DNA of 64,000 nt from an uncultured Lachnospiraceae bacterium (lineage in GTDB: Bacteria > Bacillota > Clostridia > Lachnospirales > Lachnospiraceae). Shown here piece after piece: positions 46,853-55,896 of the stretch; within the stretch, counting starts at the first letter, position 1, and each line of letters starts with the position of its first letter. The position numbers were made by a program, and so were the translations under genes. The stretch covers positions 2,903 through 66,902 of the forward strand of contig CACXFB010000038.1 in NCBI GenBank assembly GCA_902766825.1, read 5' to 3'. The notes below the pieces were generated by a model. That model worked only from the letters and a program-made list of their open reading frames with translations. It made no database searches and was not told where the DNA came from.

Positions 46853-48739
46853 ATGGGAAAATTCATGGCTAAAATAATAGCTGTCGGCCTTGTTGCAAGC
46901 ATGCTTATGTGCGGATGCAGTTCTAAGGACACCACTGACAAAAGCGATACCAAATCATCCAATTCGACTGATTCTAATGAGAAAGATGATTCTGCTTCGC
47001 TTGAAGGATTGTCATTTAAAAAAGTTTCGGAATATGCAGATAAGAGCGGTTATCCTGCCATTACCGAAAACTTAAAAGACGTCGATGCATATGCATGTAT
47101 TATTGACAAAGATGCACCCGAAAGCATTGTTATTCCCGATGAATACGACGGACTGCCCGTCAAAGCGGTTCTTGGCAGTGACAACAACACGGTAAAGGAG
47201 CTTACCATAAGTGAAGGAATTATCGCTATACAGGATCTTTTCCCATACAGCAATGATTCCCTTGTGTCTGTCAGTTTTCCTGACAGCATAAAAGCTATTA
47301 ACAATTCCTTTTCCGAATGCAATGCTCTAGCCGACATAAGCTTTGGTGCACTCGATAATGTGACCATAATAAAATCATTTAAAAAGACTCCTTCTATTAC
47401 CAACCTGGAATTTAGAGGAGCCGTGAATTTAAAAAACTATATGCTCGAAGACGAAACATTTGTAAATACATATCTTTTCACTAATGCAGCCACACTAAAG
47501 GATGTTACATTTAATGATAAAGTTATACTTTTACCTGAATCATTTTGTTCATCATGCGATTCCCTTGAAAAAGTAACCTTCAAAGGTGATGTTACACAGA
47601 TATCCTATATGTGTTTTAACGGTTGCAAAAATCTTTCCGACATTGTGTTTGAAGGAAAAGTTGGGACAATCGGTCCACACTGTTTTACAGACGCAGCCGT
47701 CACACAACTTACCTTTGCAAATGATGTTGACACAATAAGTGAATATTCATTCCAGTCATGCGAAGATCTTACACAATTAACTTTCAAGGGAAACATCAAC
47801 GAACTTAACACATGTTTTGCACTATGCAATAAACTTAAGTCAATACAGTTTGAAAAAAATATAGATATCATAGACAATGCATTTTCAAAGTGTGCGGTTC
47901 TTAAATCTGTTGATTTTGATGCTGATATCAACACCATCAGCGAAGCTTTTACAGACTGCCCTGAACTTGAAGACATTAATTTTAATGCAGATATAAAAAA
48001 CATAAGCAAAATGGCTTTTTATAACTCCGAAAAAGTTGTTCTTAATAATCTGTCCGCTGATGTCGTATTTGACAGTGAAGAACTGTCACACCGTTTTGAC
48101 AGCGCACAGCAGATTTACCGCGCATACTATGACAAGCTTAACAGTTACTCTGACAAAGACCTTAAAGAATGGTTTGAGAAAAATGTTGCCGGTAAGACAC
48201 TTGATGCAGGCAAAAAGATAGACGAAAAAAATGCTACGCAATATGCAGATATAATTAACGGTCCAATCATTTACCAGTACCATTGTACAGACTGTCCGTA
48301 TGAAAAATACAACCGCGATGCTGCACTTGATAACGAGTACTTTGTTGAAACCGTTAAGGAGATAAAAAAGACATATCCTGACACAATCTACACAGATGAA
48401 AAAGCTTTAAAGGTTGCCAAAGGCAGTGCACCGCTTGTCATCGGCGTAGCAGATTCACTTGGCTACATACCTGTTGATTATGTTGATAAAGATAACCCTG
48501 ACACGACAGAGACATTATACTTTGAAATGATGAGGGTAAGCATCTGGAACATCGAGACCGGTGAACTTCTTGCCTGGTACGACCACTGTGACGGAAATGC
48601 TCCGGCAGAGTACAATTCACACGACAAAAGTGATTATGTATATCTTGACCGAATCGGAACGGACCACGATTACTACTTCTTTGAAGGCGGCTATACATAT
48701 CCTATGAATTTCCTGATGGAAACAATCTACCCAGAGTGA
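46853..48739 (+). CDS. BspA-like leucine-rich-repeat lipoprotein
   Basis: The only plus-strand gene. MGKFMAKIIAVGLVASMLMCGCSS lipobox, then more than 10 LRR_5-type repeats (xFxxCxxLxxIxF) and an unassigned C-terminal domain of about 230 aa. Confidence 0.75.
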   Translation: MGKFMAKIIAVGLVASMLMCGCSSKDTTDKSDTKSSNSTDSNEKDDSASLEGLSFKKVSEYADKSGYPAITENLKDVDAYACIIDKDAPESIVIPDEYDGLPVKAVLGSDNNTVKELTISEGIIAIQDLFPYSNDSLVSVSFPDSIKAINNSFSECNALADISFGALDNVTIIKSFKKTPSITNLEFRGAVNLKNYMLEDETFVNTYLFTNAATLKDVTFNDKVILLPESFCSSCDSLEKVTFKGDVTQISYMCFNGCKNLSDIVFEGKVGTIGPHCFTDAAVTQLTFANDVDTISEYSFQSCEDLTQLTFKGNINELNTCFALCNKLKSIQFEKNIDIIDNAFSKCAVLKSVDFDADINTISEAFTDCPELEDINFNADIKNISKMAFYNSEKVVLNNLSADVVFDSEELSHRFDSAQQIYRAYYDKLNSYSDKDLKEWFEKNVAGKTLDAGKKIDEKNATQYADIINGPIIYQYHCTDCPYEKYNRDAALDNEYFVETVKEIKKTYPDTIYTDEKALKVAKGSAPLVIGVADSLGYIPVDYVDKDNPDTTETLYFEMMRVSIWNIETGELLAWYDHCDGNAPAEYNSHDKSDYVYLDRIGTDHDYYFFEGGYTYPMNFLMETIYPE

Positions 48740-48863
48740 AACTGGGGGTGAAACGGGGCGGTGAAACGGGGGACGGTTCTTCGTTCCAATGAGTCAGTAA
48801 GAACCGTCCCTGTTGACTCAAATTTTGGAACGAGGAACCGTCCCCCGTTTCACCCCCGTTTCA
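48736..48863. repeat. REP/MITE-like element, copy D
   Basis: Three tandem GTGAAAC(T/G)GGGG units on the left, two CCCCGTTTCA units on the right, and inverted arms as in copy C with the core deleted. Fills the whole convergent intergenic gap. Confidence 0.8.
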
Positions 48864-49970
48864 GCTTTCGCAGATTATCAGCGGTATTCTGACTTCATCA
48901 GCAGTGATTCCTGCATGAACGCCAATAAACTTTCCTGCCTCTTCTTTGTTATTGAATATTGAGACATCTCCTATTGCAACTCCAAGATAATCCCCTAACA
49001 TACCTTGAAAATTCTTATGCTCCGTGCCGGTTCCGAAAACCCTGTTTTTAAGTACTTCCTCTTTAGTAAGCAAAATAAAGTCATCTTTAAAGAATTTGTT
49101 AAATTCATTTTCAAACTGTTCTCTTTTTTCTTCTTTCACAAAGAAATTCAATGCTCGTGGTTCAATCGAAGGCATTCTCACAAGACATTCTGTTATTGAC
49201 GGATAATCCGTAATTGTCACTCCTTTTGAGTCTATGTGTCCATGATCTGCAGTCACAATTACAAGTGTGTCACTTAGTTCTTCGCACAGCTTTTTAACCT
49301 GATCCTGCAGCTTATTTAAAACCTCTTTTGACTGATTGCTGTAACAGCCTGTATCGTGCATTGTTGAGTCAGGTTCACTCCAATAAGCGTATATGTATTT
49401 ACTATAATCTTCCTTGCAAATGCTTTTAATCTCATTTGCAACCTTCTCAAATGTGTCTGGAAAAGGTGGTACAAAAGGCATCACCAGATGAGCTTTAGCA
49501 CCGGCTTTTTCAAAACGGTCAAATATGCTTTCATATCCTGTATACTCATTTGCAACATTATAATCTGCAGCCTGTTCATCGCTTCCCTGTTCACTGTTTA
49601 AAAACACGGTAACATTTTTATCAATCTGTGGATAATAGCAGTCCCATCCGAGCCATCCGTGTTCGCAAGGCATAAGACCATTCATAACTGAAGTTGTCGC
49701 TGCAACTGTTGTAGGCGGAAATACTGAATTGTACTCTCCGGCAAGATGTGTTCTAAAGAAGTCATCTTCTTTCAGATTATTTTCAAGTATGTTTATTCCC
49801 ATACCATCAAGAAGTATAACCACAATATTTTTATAATCCTTTTTAAGATACTCATCTAACAATGGCAGCGTATCCCCTACCGTTTGAACCCCAAACTTTT
49901 TCATTATTGAATTAGGCAGATTAGCCGAACAATTCTTGTAATCCGGCCACATAAATTTTTTGTCACTCAT
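48861..49970 (-). CDS. Alkaline-phosphatase-superfamily protein (phosphodiesterase/nucleotide pyrophosphatase-like)
   Basis: LLDGMGINILE and VTADHGHID metal-site motifs. Start set at ATG 49970 (ACGGAGG RBS), because the ORF-track extension to 50051 contains a terminator. Confidence 0.75.
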   Translation of the reverse strand: MSDKKFMWPDYKNCSANLPNSIMKKFGVQTVGDTLPLLDEYLKKDYKNIVVILLDGMGINILENNLKEDDFFRTHLAGEYNSVFPPTTVAATTSVMNGLMPCEHGWLGWDCYYPQIDKNVTVFLNSEQGSDEQAADYNVANEYTGYESIFDRFEKAGAKAHLVMPFVPPFPDTFEKVANEIKSICKEDYSKYIYAYWSEPDSTMHDTGCYSNQSKEVLNKLQDQVKKLCEELSDTLVIVTADHGHIDSKGVTITDYPSITECLVRMPSIEPRALNFFVKEEKREQFENEFNKFFKDDFILLTKEEVLKNRVFGTGTEHKNFQGMLGDYLGVAIGDVSIFNNKEEAGKFIGVHAGITADEVRIPLIICES

Positions 49971-49993
49971 TTTTAATTCCTCCGTTTCAATGT

Positions 49994-50031
49994 AAAATAA
50001 ATAAAACCGCTTATCCTGCAAAGATAAGCGG
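49994..50031 (-). terminator. Leader terminator (attenuator candidate)
   Basis: 9-bp perfect stem CCGCTTATC/GATAAGCGG, followed by TTTTATTTATTTT on the minus strand. Lies only about 25 nt upstream of the 49970 start. Confidence 0.6.
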
Positions 50032-50078
50032 CTCACGTATTGTATTTTCAAAAACGGCTGTCTGCTCTTCTTAGCAAG

Positions 50079-50171
50079 TTAGATATTAATGTACGCAATT
50101 AAGAACATACGAATAATATACTCGTACATTTTCGAAGTTGAATACATATATCTGACTGCAAAGTTTTTCAT
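50079..50171 (-). CDS. 30-aa leader ORF candidate
   Basis: AAAGGAG - 7 nt - ATG. MKNFAVRYMYSTSKMYEYIIRMFLIAYINI. Sits between the promoter and the leader terminator. Confidence 0.3.
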   Translation of the reverse strand: MKNFAVRYMYSTSKMYEYIIRMFLIAYINI

Positions 50172-50201
50172 GAACAGGCTCCTTTCTGATAATATTGTCA
50201 C

Positions 50202-50230
50202 ATTGTAAATCATATCTCAATATATGTCAA
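50202..50230 (-). promoter_or_regulatory. Consensus-like promoter
   Basis: TTGACA (50225-50230) - 17 nt - TACAAT (50202-50207) on the minus strand. Confidence 0.55.
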
Positions 50231-50254
50231 TTATTTTTCTCAATTTATTTTTCA

Positions 50255-50788
50255 TCATTCGGCAGTATTATTTCGTTCATCGTGAACTCCTTTCTGTTTC
50301 CAATCAATCGCTTGGCGCAACTGTTCTAACGCCAAATATTCCCGATAATACATTCCCTGTTTAAAAGCATTACTTTCTTTATAATCCTCATGTTTTGAAA
50401 AAATACGTACAATGTCCTCAAGTAATGCCCACCTCGGCTCCATTCCGACTTCCTTTTCTGCTTCTGTCAGTTTCATTTCCGTTTTCCCAACAAACTTGCA
50501 CAGGAAATACTTATTCACCCACTTTACATTTCCATAATACTCATCAATTTGAAGTACACATTCTATAGGTTCCACCCGTATTCCTGTCTCTTCCTCGATT
50601 TCCCTTGCACAACAATCCCGTTCATCTTCCCCTTCTTCTATGCCGCCACCGGGAATCATCCATTGGTCCGTCACCGACTCATATGACATTAAAATCTTAT
50701 TCTCATGAAGGACAATTCCTCTGCATGCGGTTCTTGATTTTTCACACTCTTTGCAATAATCATCGCCAAAAATCTCAATCTTCTTCAT
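50255..50788 (-). CDS. NUDIX hydrolase
   Basis: Nudix box GGGIEEGEDERDCCAREIEEETG. Confidence 0.9.
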   Translation of the reverse strand: MKKIEIFGDDYCKECEKSRTACRGIVLHENKILMSYESVTDQWMIPGGGIEEGEDERDCCAREIEEETGIRVEPIECVLQIDEYYGNVKWVNKYFLCKFVGKTEMKLTEAEKEVGMEPRWALLEDIVRIFSKHEDYKESNAFKQGMYYREYLALEQLRQAIDWKQKGVHDERNNTAE

Positions 50789-50899
50789 GTTATCTCCTAG
50801 CCCTGTTTACAAAACTTCTTGTCATCTTTCACAAACTGAGAAAATAACCGAATTTCCTGTTTGTTTGCTCATTACAACATTCAAAACCATACAAAGACC

Positions 50900-51463
50900 T
50901 CAATTGGAATCATCGCCCGGAATTATTATTTGATTAAATGAGCCAATTCCGTCCGTTAGCATATTATACGAAAATGACTTAAAATCAATATATCGGTATT
51001 CCCTGTTCCAGCCATCAAGAATGCACACAAATTCATGCTTCTTTTTTAAATGTCCAAACAGAATCTTATGCTTTGTCTTGCATGTAAAATACCCGCAAAC
51101 CGTCACGCTGTGATCTTTGTAATGCCCTCTTGCAATATTCATTACCACCGGTCTGTCATTATCAATTTCATTTTTAACCTGCTTATTAAAGCTCCAGATA
51201 TATACGCCTTTTGAATGGCATTTTTTATAACCGTAATTATTTAAAACCTCTATAAATATTCTCTTAATTTTTAGGGGATTTGTCCCTTTCTTTTGCGTAT
51301 ATCCATTATCTATTGCAACTTTTAATACTTCATCATAAATCTCTTTATAGTCTTGTGGGATCTTATTGTACCCCTTGAAATGATAGTAATTAAGAATACG
51401 CGTTATTGCTACAATGGTACAGTTTTGTGACTCCTTAAAATCAGAGCATATGCATTTATTCAT
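50900..51463 (-). CDS. Papain-fold cysteine peptidase-like protein (C39-like, tentative)
   Basis: QNC near the N-terminus and DHSVTVCGY later give a Cys/His order consistent with C39-like peptidases. The frame stays open and protein-like for about 25 codons upstream of the ATG, without a canonical start. Confidence 0.35.
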   Translation of the reverse strand: MNKCICSDFKESQNCTIVAITRILNYYHFKGYNKIPQDYKEIYDEVLKVAIDNGYTQKKGTNPLKIKRIFIEVLNNYGYKKCHSKGVYIWSFNKQVKNEIDNDRPVVMNIARGHYKDHSVTVCGYFTCKTKHKILFGHLKKKHEFVCILDGWNREYRYIDFKSFSYNMLTDGIGSFNQIIIPGDDSN

Positions 51464-51717
51464 ATCAATTATCTTTGATTCGCATTCCGTTATTGTGTCT
51501 CCGTATTTTTCTTTTAAATACGCACGTGGCGAAGTTATTCCAACCGGTTCACCTCATTTCTTTTACATTTTTCCTGAGTGAAATTTTTTATATTCATCAT
51601 TATTTTAACATAAAAAACTCATGCACAGCATTAAATTATTAACTTAATACTGCCATGAGTTTTAATACCATTTGATTTATATAATCAAATTATTAAGTTA
51701 TTTAATAAAAACATTTT

Positions 51718-52470
51718 TTATAATGGGGACATTGCATAGTTGATGTCATAGTTAGCACCAAAATAGTTTGCCCAATATTCCTGACCGTTTACCTGATAGC
51801 AGATAGCATACTCGAAACCGCTGCTAGTGTTAACACCTTCAAGTGATAACTTTGTGCTCCATCTTTCTGTTCCATCACTGTTAGTATTAACATAGCTAAG
51901 TGCCTGATCACTGTATGTATTCCATCCGTCTGTTGTGTATCTTACAAACACATTCTTCTCATAAGCAAAGTTCTTTAAAATAGCATTGATTGTATAATCT
52001 CTGCCGCTAAACTGGTATACACTTAATCTTTCAGATGCAATTGGTGCTGCACCGATCACATTTGCTGAAGTATAATCATTTCCATTGTTGTTATCCCAAA
52101 ATACTTCACCATCAGCCTCATATTTGATTGCAAACTGGCATTTATAACTTGTGAAAACTGCTCTCCAGATCTTAGAACCATCGCTAAGTGTAGTTACATA
52201 TGTAGCCTTAGTATCTGTCCATCCAAGGTTAGGCATATAAAAATAACGAACTTTTACTTCCTGATCATTCGCATTGTCATTTGTCTGAACAAATACTTCA
52301 TAAGTTGATATACCCTGTCTTGTGCTGATGCTTCCCATTGAGTAAAAACTTACTCTAGGTGCTGTTGATGCGCTTACAGGAGTAACTGCCTTAAAGCTAA
52401 ATACGCTAAGAAGCATTGTTAATGTAAGCATCATTGCTACGATTTTTGTTGACTTTCTTGTCTGTGTCAT
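51718..52470 (-). CDS. Secreted protein with two CBM21-like modules
   Basis: Signal peptide. Module 1 ends FWDNNNGNDYT and module 2 ends YWANYFGANYDINY. Paralogous to 14532-14987. Start set at ATG 52470 after GGAGG. Confidence 0.6.
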   Translation of the reverse strand: MTQTRKSTKIVAMMLTLTMLLSVFSFKAVTPVSASTAPRVSFYSMGSISTRQGISTYEVFVQTNDNANDQEVKVRYFYMPNLGWTDTKATYVTTLSDGSKIWRAVFTSYKCQFAIKYEADGEVFWDNNNGNDYTSANVIGAAPIASERLSVYQFSGRDYTINAILKNFAYEKNVFVRYTTDGWNTYSDQALSYVNTNSDGTERWSTKLSLEGVNTSSGFEYAICYQVNGQEYWANYFGANYDINYAMSPL

Positions 52471-52557
52471 GTTGACTTCCTCCATTTTAAAAAAATTTAT
52501 TTAAATTAGTACAGGCAACATGTTAGCAGAAACCAATTTAATTATCAACAGTTTTTT

Positions 52558-52653
52558 TGAAACGGGGGACGGTTCCTCGTTCCAAAATTGGTGAATCAAC
52601 ATAACCGGATTCTGTGAGTCAGTTTTGGAACGAAGAACCGTCCCCCGTTTCAC
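52558..52653. repeat. REP/MITE-like element, copy E
   Basis: 29-bp arms GAAACGGGGGACGGTTCCTCGTTCCAAAA / TTTTGGAACGAAGAACCGTCCCCCGTTTC (1 mismatch). Directly abuts the aguB stop codon. Confidence 0.8.
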
Positions 52654-53520
52654 TTAGAATAAATCATACTCCGGTCTTCTGTCACGAAAAACTCCCCAGC
52701 TTAGTCTGTACTCATAAAGTTCATCAAGGTCAAACTCATTTATCAGGATTTCCTCTTTATCGCGCGAGCCATCCTGCACGATGTCGCCAAGGCCGTCTGT
52801 GATAAATGATGAGCCGTAGAAGTTCAGGGATGACTGCTGGTTACCGTTTTCTTCACATGGTGTTACTTCCTCAAGTCCGATGCGGTTTGCAGCCGCAACA
52901 GGTACAAGGTTGCTTGCACCGTGTCCCATCATGCATCTTCTCCAGTGTGGCATGCTGTCGGTCTCAAGAACAGGCTCCGAACCGATTGCCGTAGGGTAGA
53001 GTAACATCTCTGCTCCCATTACCGCCATCGCCCTTGCAGGCTCGACAAACCACTGGTCCCAGCATATTCCTACACCGATTTTTCCGTATGCGGTATCCCA
53101 GACTTTGTAGCCAGTATTACCCGGTGTGAAATAGAATTTTTCCTGATAAAAATGGTCGTCAGGTATGTGAGTTTTTCTGTACACACCAAGAACGCTTCCG
53201 TCGGCATCTATCATCGCTATGCTGTTGTACAGCACGTTATTATCTTTCTCATAGAAGCTTATCGGCATAACAACATGAAGTTCACGGCACACATTTTTAA
53301 AATGATTTACAGCTTCATTTTCTGAAAGCGTGCTTGCAAATGCGTAATATTCATACTGTCTTTCCTGACAAAAATACTGTCTTTCAAAAAGCTCCGGCAA
53401 AAGTATTACATTGGCTCCAAGAGCTGCAGCCTCACGCACCATCTTATCTGCCTTTTTAATATTTTCAGAAACCACTCTTGTCATTGCCATCTGAATTGTT
53501 GCTAATTTAACTTTTCTCAT
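52654..53520 (-). CDS. aguB: N-carbamoylputrescine amidase
   Basis: CN-hydrolase fold with the catalytic Cys in GVGICWDQWF. Follows aguA with a 4-nt overlap. Confidence 0.85.
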   Translation of the reverse strand: MRKVKLATIQMAMTRVVSENIKKADKMVREAAALGANVILLPELFERQYFCQERQYEYYAFASTLSENEAVNHFKNVCRELHVVMPISFYEKDNNVLYNSIAMIDADGSVLGVYRKTHIPDDHFYQEKFYFTPGNTGYKVWDTAYGKIGVGICWDQWFVEPARAMAVMGAEMLLYPTAIGSEPVLETDSMPHWRRCMMGHGASNLVPVAAANRIGLEEVTPCEENGNQQSSLNFYGSSFITDGLGDIVQDGSRDKEEILINEFDLDELYEYRLSWGVFRDRRPEYDLF

Positions 53521-54677
53521 TGTATGTTTCCCTCCGGTATCTGCTGGGTAATGCAGTGAATATTTCCGCCGCCCACAATTATTGATCTTGCAGGGATACC
53601 TACAACTTCCCTGTCACTAAAAAGCGGTTTTAAAACCTCAAGTGCAGGTTCATCATTTTCATCACCAAACTGAGGAACCAAAACTGCTGCATTTGAAATA
53701 TAAAAATTCACATAACTTGCCGCAAGACGTTCTCCAACCTCGCGCTCATCCTCACCCGGCTCCGGAACGAGTCCCGCAAGCTCATGTTCATTGATAGTAA
53801 CAGGTGATTTTGGAATATAAAGCTTGTGAACTTTAATATGGCGCCCCATGGCATCAGTCTCATTTTCAAGCACGCGCAAATCAGCCATACTCATCTCATA
53901 CTGCGGGTCGCTCTCATCATCAGTCCATGCAAGCACGGCCTCACCCGGTGCCACAAATGCAAACACGTTATCTACATGTCCGTCCGTCTCATCGTTATAT
54001 ATTCCTTCAGGAAGCCAGATTACTTTTTTTACACCAAGTTCCTTTTTTAACCTGTCTTCTATCATCGCCTTAGACAGCTTTGGATTGCGTCCTTTGCTAA
54101 GAAGACAGCACTCCGTAACTACGCATGTGCCCTCGCCGTCAACGTGAATGGCGCCGCCCTCCATGACAAAATCTTTTGCATCAATTGTACCTGCACCTAT
54201 TTTTATGTTAAATGCTCCCGCAAATGCATCGTCTGACTCCCACTGTGCATAAAGTCCGTTATACTGACCGCCCCAGGCATTAAAACACCAGTCAATTCCC
54301 TTTAAGCAACCTTTATCATTGCGCACGTAAGTAGGCCCGATATCTCTTGCCCAGCTATCGTCAGTATCAATTGCCATATAAATAATATTCTCTGCCACGT
54401 CATCGCACACACCGGTGCTGACAGCTTTTTTCATCTCGTCAAAATCAGCATTTCTTGCAACCATGTAGATTTTTTCGCCCTTTGCAATCTCATTTGCAAT
54501 TGTAATAAAAGTCTTTTTTGCATCAGCTCCGCCATATGGCCATGAACCTGCTCTTACCGGCCAGATTAAAATTGTCCCGTGATGTTTATCAAACTCAGCC
54601 GGCATGTAAAATGCTTTTTCGGTATTTATATTGTTATTTATTACTTTATTATTCATATCAACATTTATCATTTTCAT
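53517..54677 (-). CDS. aguA: Agmatine deiminase
   Basis: PAD_porph family. C-terminal GGGNIHCITQQIP catalytic Cys motif. Confidence 0.9.
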   Translation of the reverse strand: MKMINVDMNNKVINNNINTEKAFYMPAEFDKHHGTILIWPVRAGSWPYGGADAKKTFITIANEIAKGEKIYMVARNADFDEMKKAVSTGVCDDVAENIIYMAIDTDDSWARDIGPTYVRNDKGCLKGIDWCFNAWGGQYNGLYAQWESDDAFAGAFNIKIGAGTIDAKDFVMEGGAIHVDGEGTCVVTECCLLSKGRNPKLSKAMIEDRLKKELGVKKVIWLPEGIYNDETDGHVDNVFAFVAPGEAVLAWTDDESDPQYEMSMADLRVLENETDAMGRHIKVHKLYIPKSPVTINEHELAGLVPEPGEDEREVGERLAASYVNFYISNAAVLVPQFGDENDEPALEVLKPLFSDREVVGIPARSIIVGGGNIHCITQQIPEGNIQ

Positions 54678-54699
54678 TATTTGAATTTACTGTTTTTTT

Positions 54700-55872
54700 C
54701 TACAGCCTCATCTTAAAATCCTGATAGTCAAATTTTCTAATCAGACGACACTGCCCCTCTTCATCCATTGCATAGATGGAAGGCAGCGCAATTCCGTTAA
54801 ATGTGTTGTTTTTAACCATAGAATAAATCGCCATATCTTCAAAATACAGTCTGTCGCCGGGCATTACTTCCTCATCAAATGAATAGTCACCTATCACATC
54901 ACCCGCCAGACAGGTGCATGACGAAAGTCTGTAAGTATAAGCCTTCTCATCCGCCTCACCTGAATTCTTAAGCGGCGGTCTGTAAGGCATCTCAAGAACA
55001 TCCGGCATATGACACGAAGGGGATGTGTCAAGAAGCAGTGTTGTAATACCGTTTTCAACAGTATCAAGTACCGTTGTAACGAGATATCCTGCATTAAGAG
55101 CAACAGCCTCTCCCGGCTCAAGGTAAACCTCGATATCGTATTTTTCCTTAACATCATTGATAAGTCTGACAAGTCTGTCCACATCATAATCATCTCTCGT
55201 AATATGATGTCCGCCGCCCATGTTAAGCCATTTTATCTGAGGCAACGCAAGGTACTCGCCGAATTTATCAATAAAAGTCTCAAGCGTAGTCTCAAGATCA
55301 TCACTGTTTTGTTCGCACAAAGTGTGAAAATGAAGTCCTTCCACCAGCTTAAAATCATCCGGATACTGTTCTATACCTTTCTTAAAATTTGTGAGTGTAA
55401 TTCCAAGTCTTGAACCAGGCGCACACGGGTCATAAATTGCATGACCTTCCTGTGTCGAACACTCAGGATTAATTCGCAGTCCGATTCCTGTAGCGCCCTC
55501 ATTTGTACCCTCATTTCTGTCACTGATAAATGCACCCGCAAACTTGTGAAGCTGTGAAAATGAGTTAAACAAAATATGCTCGCAGATACGCGCAATGTCA
55601 CCCATTTCCGACTCTTTGTATGCAGGAGAAAAAATGTGATTTTCCTTTCCCATCTCCTCATATCCAAGTCTTGCCTCGTAAAGACTTGATGCAGTGCATC
55701 CGTCTAAATACTGTCCGATTAACGGATACTCACAGTAATTTGAAAATGCTTTCTGGGCAAGAAGTATCTTGCAGCCTGTTTTGTCCTTTACCGATTTTAA
55801 TATCAAAAGATTGCTTTTTAGCTTTCCTTCATCGATTACATACGATGGTGTAGGAACCTCATTTAATCGCAT
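54700..55872 (-). CDS. nspC: Carboxynorspermidine/carboxyspermidine decarboxylase
   Basis: PTPSYVIDE N-terminus, NMGGGHHIT, about 390 aa. Start at ATG 55872 after GGAGG. Confidence 0.85.
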   Translation of the reverse strand: MRLNEVPTPSYVIDEGKLKSNLLILKSVKDKTGCKILLAQKAFSNYCEYPLIGQYLDGCTASSLYEARLGYEEMGKENHIFSPAYKESEMGDIARICEHILFNSFSQLHKFAGAFISDRNEGTNEGATGIGLRINPECSTQEGHAIYDPCAPGSRLGITLTNFKKGIEQYPDDFKLVEGLHFHTLCEQNSDDLETTLETFIDKFGEYLALPQIKWLNMGGGHHITRDDYDVDRLVRLINDVKEKYDIEVYLEPGEAVALNAGYLVTTVLDTVENGITTLLLDTSPSCHMPDVLEMPYRPPLKNSGEADEKAYTYRLSSCTCLAGDVIGDYSFDEEVMPGDRLYFEDMAIYSMVKNNTFNGIALPSIYAMDEEGQCRLIRKFDYQDFKMRL

Positions 55873-55896
55873 GAAAACCTCCAAAAAATCATTGTT

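Noticed and set aside
49971-50051. N-terminal extension of the phosphatase-family ORF (MKIQYVSRLSLQDKRFYLFYIETEELK).
   Set aside because: It would be translated through a strong intrinsic terminator hairpin and has no RBS. The ATG at 49970 has ACGGAGG at the correct distance.
43341-52653. The GTGAAAC...GTTTCAC repeats superficially resemble CRISPR repeats.
   Set aside because: The copies are inverted rather than direct. They are not regularly spaced by unique spacers, they are scattered over 25 kb, and no cas genes are present.
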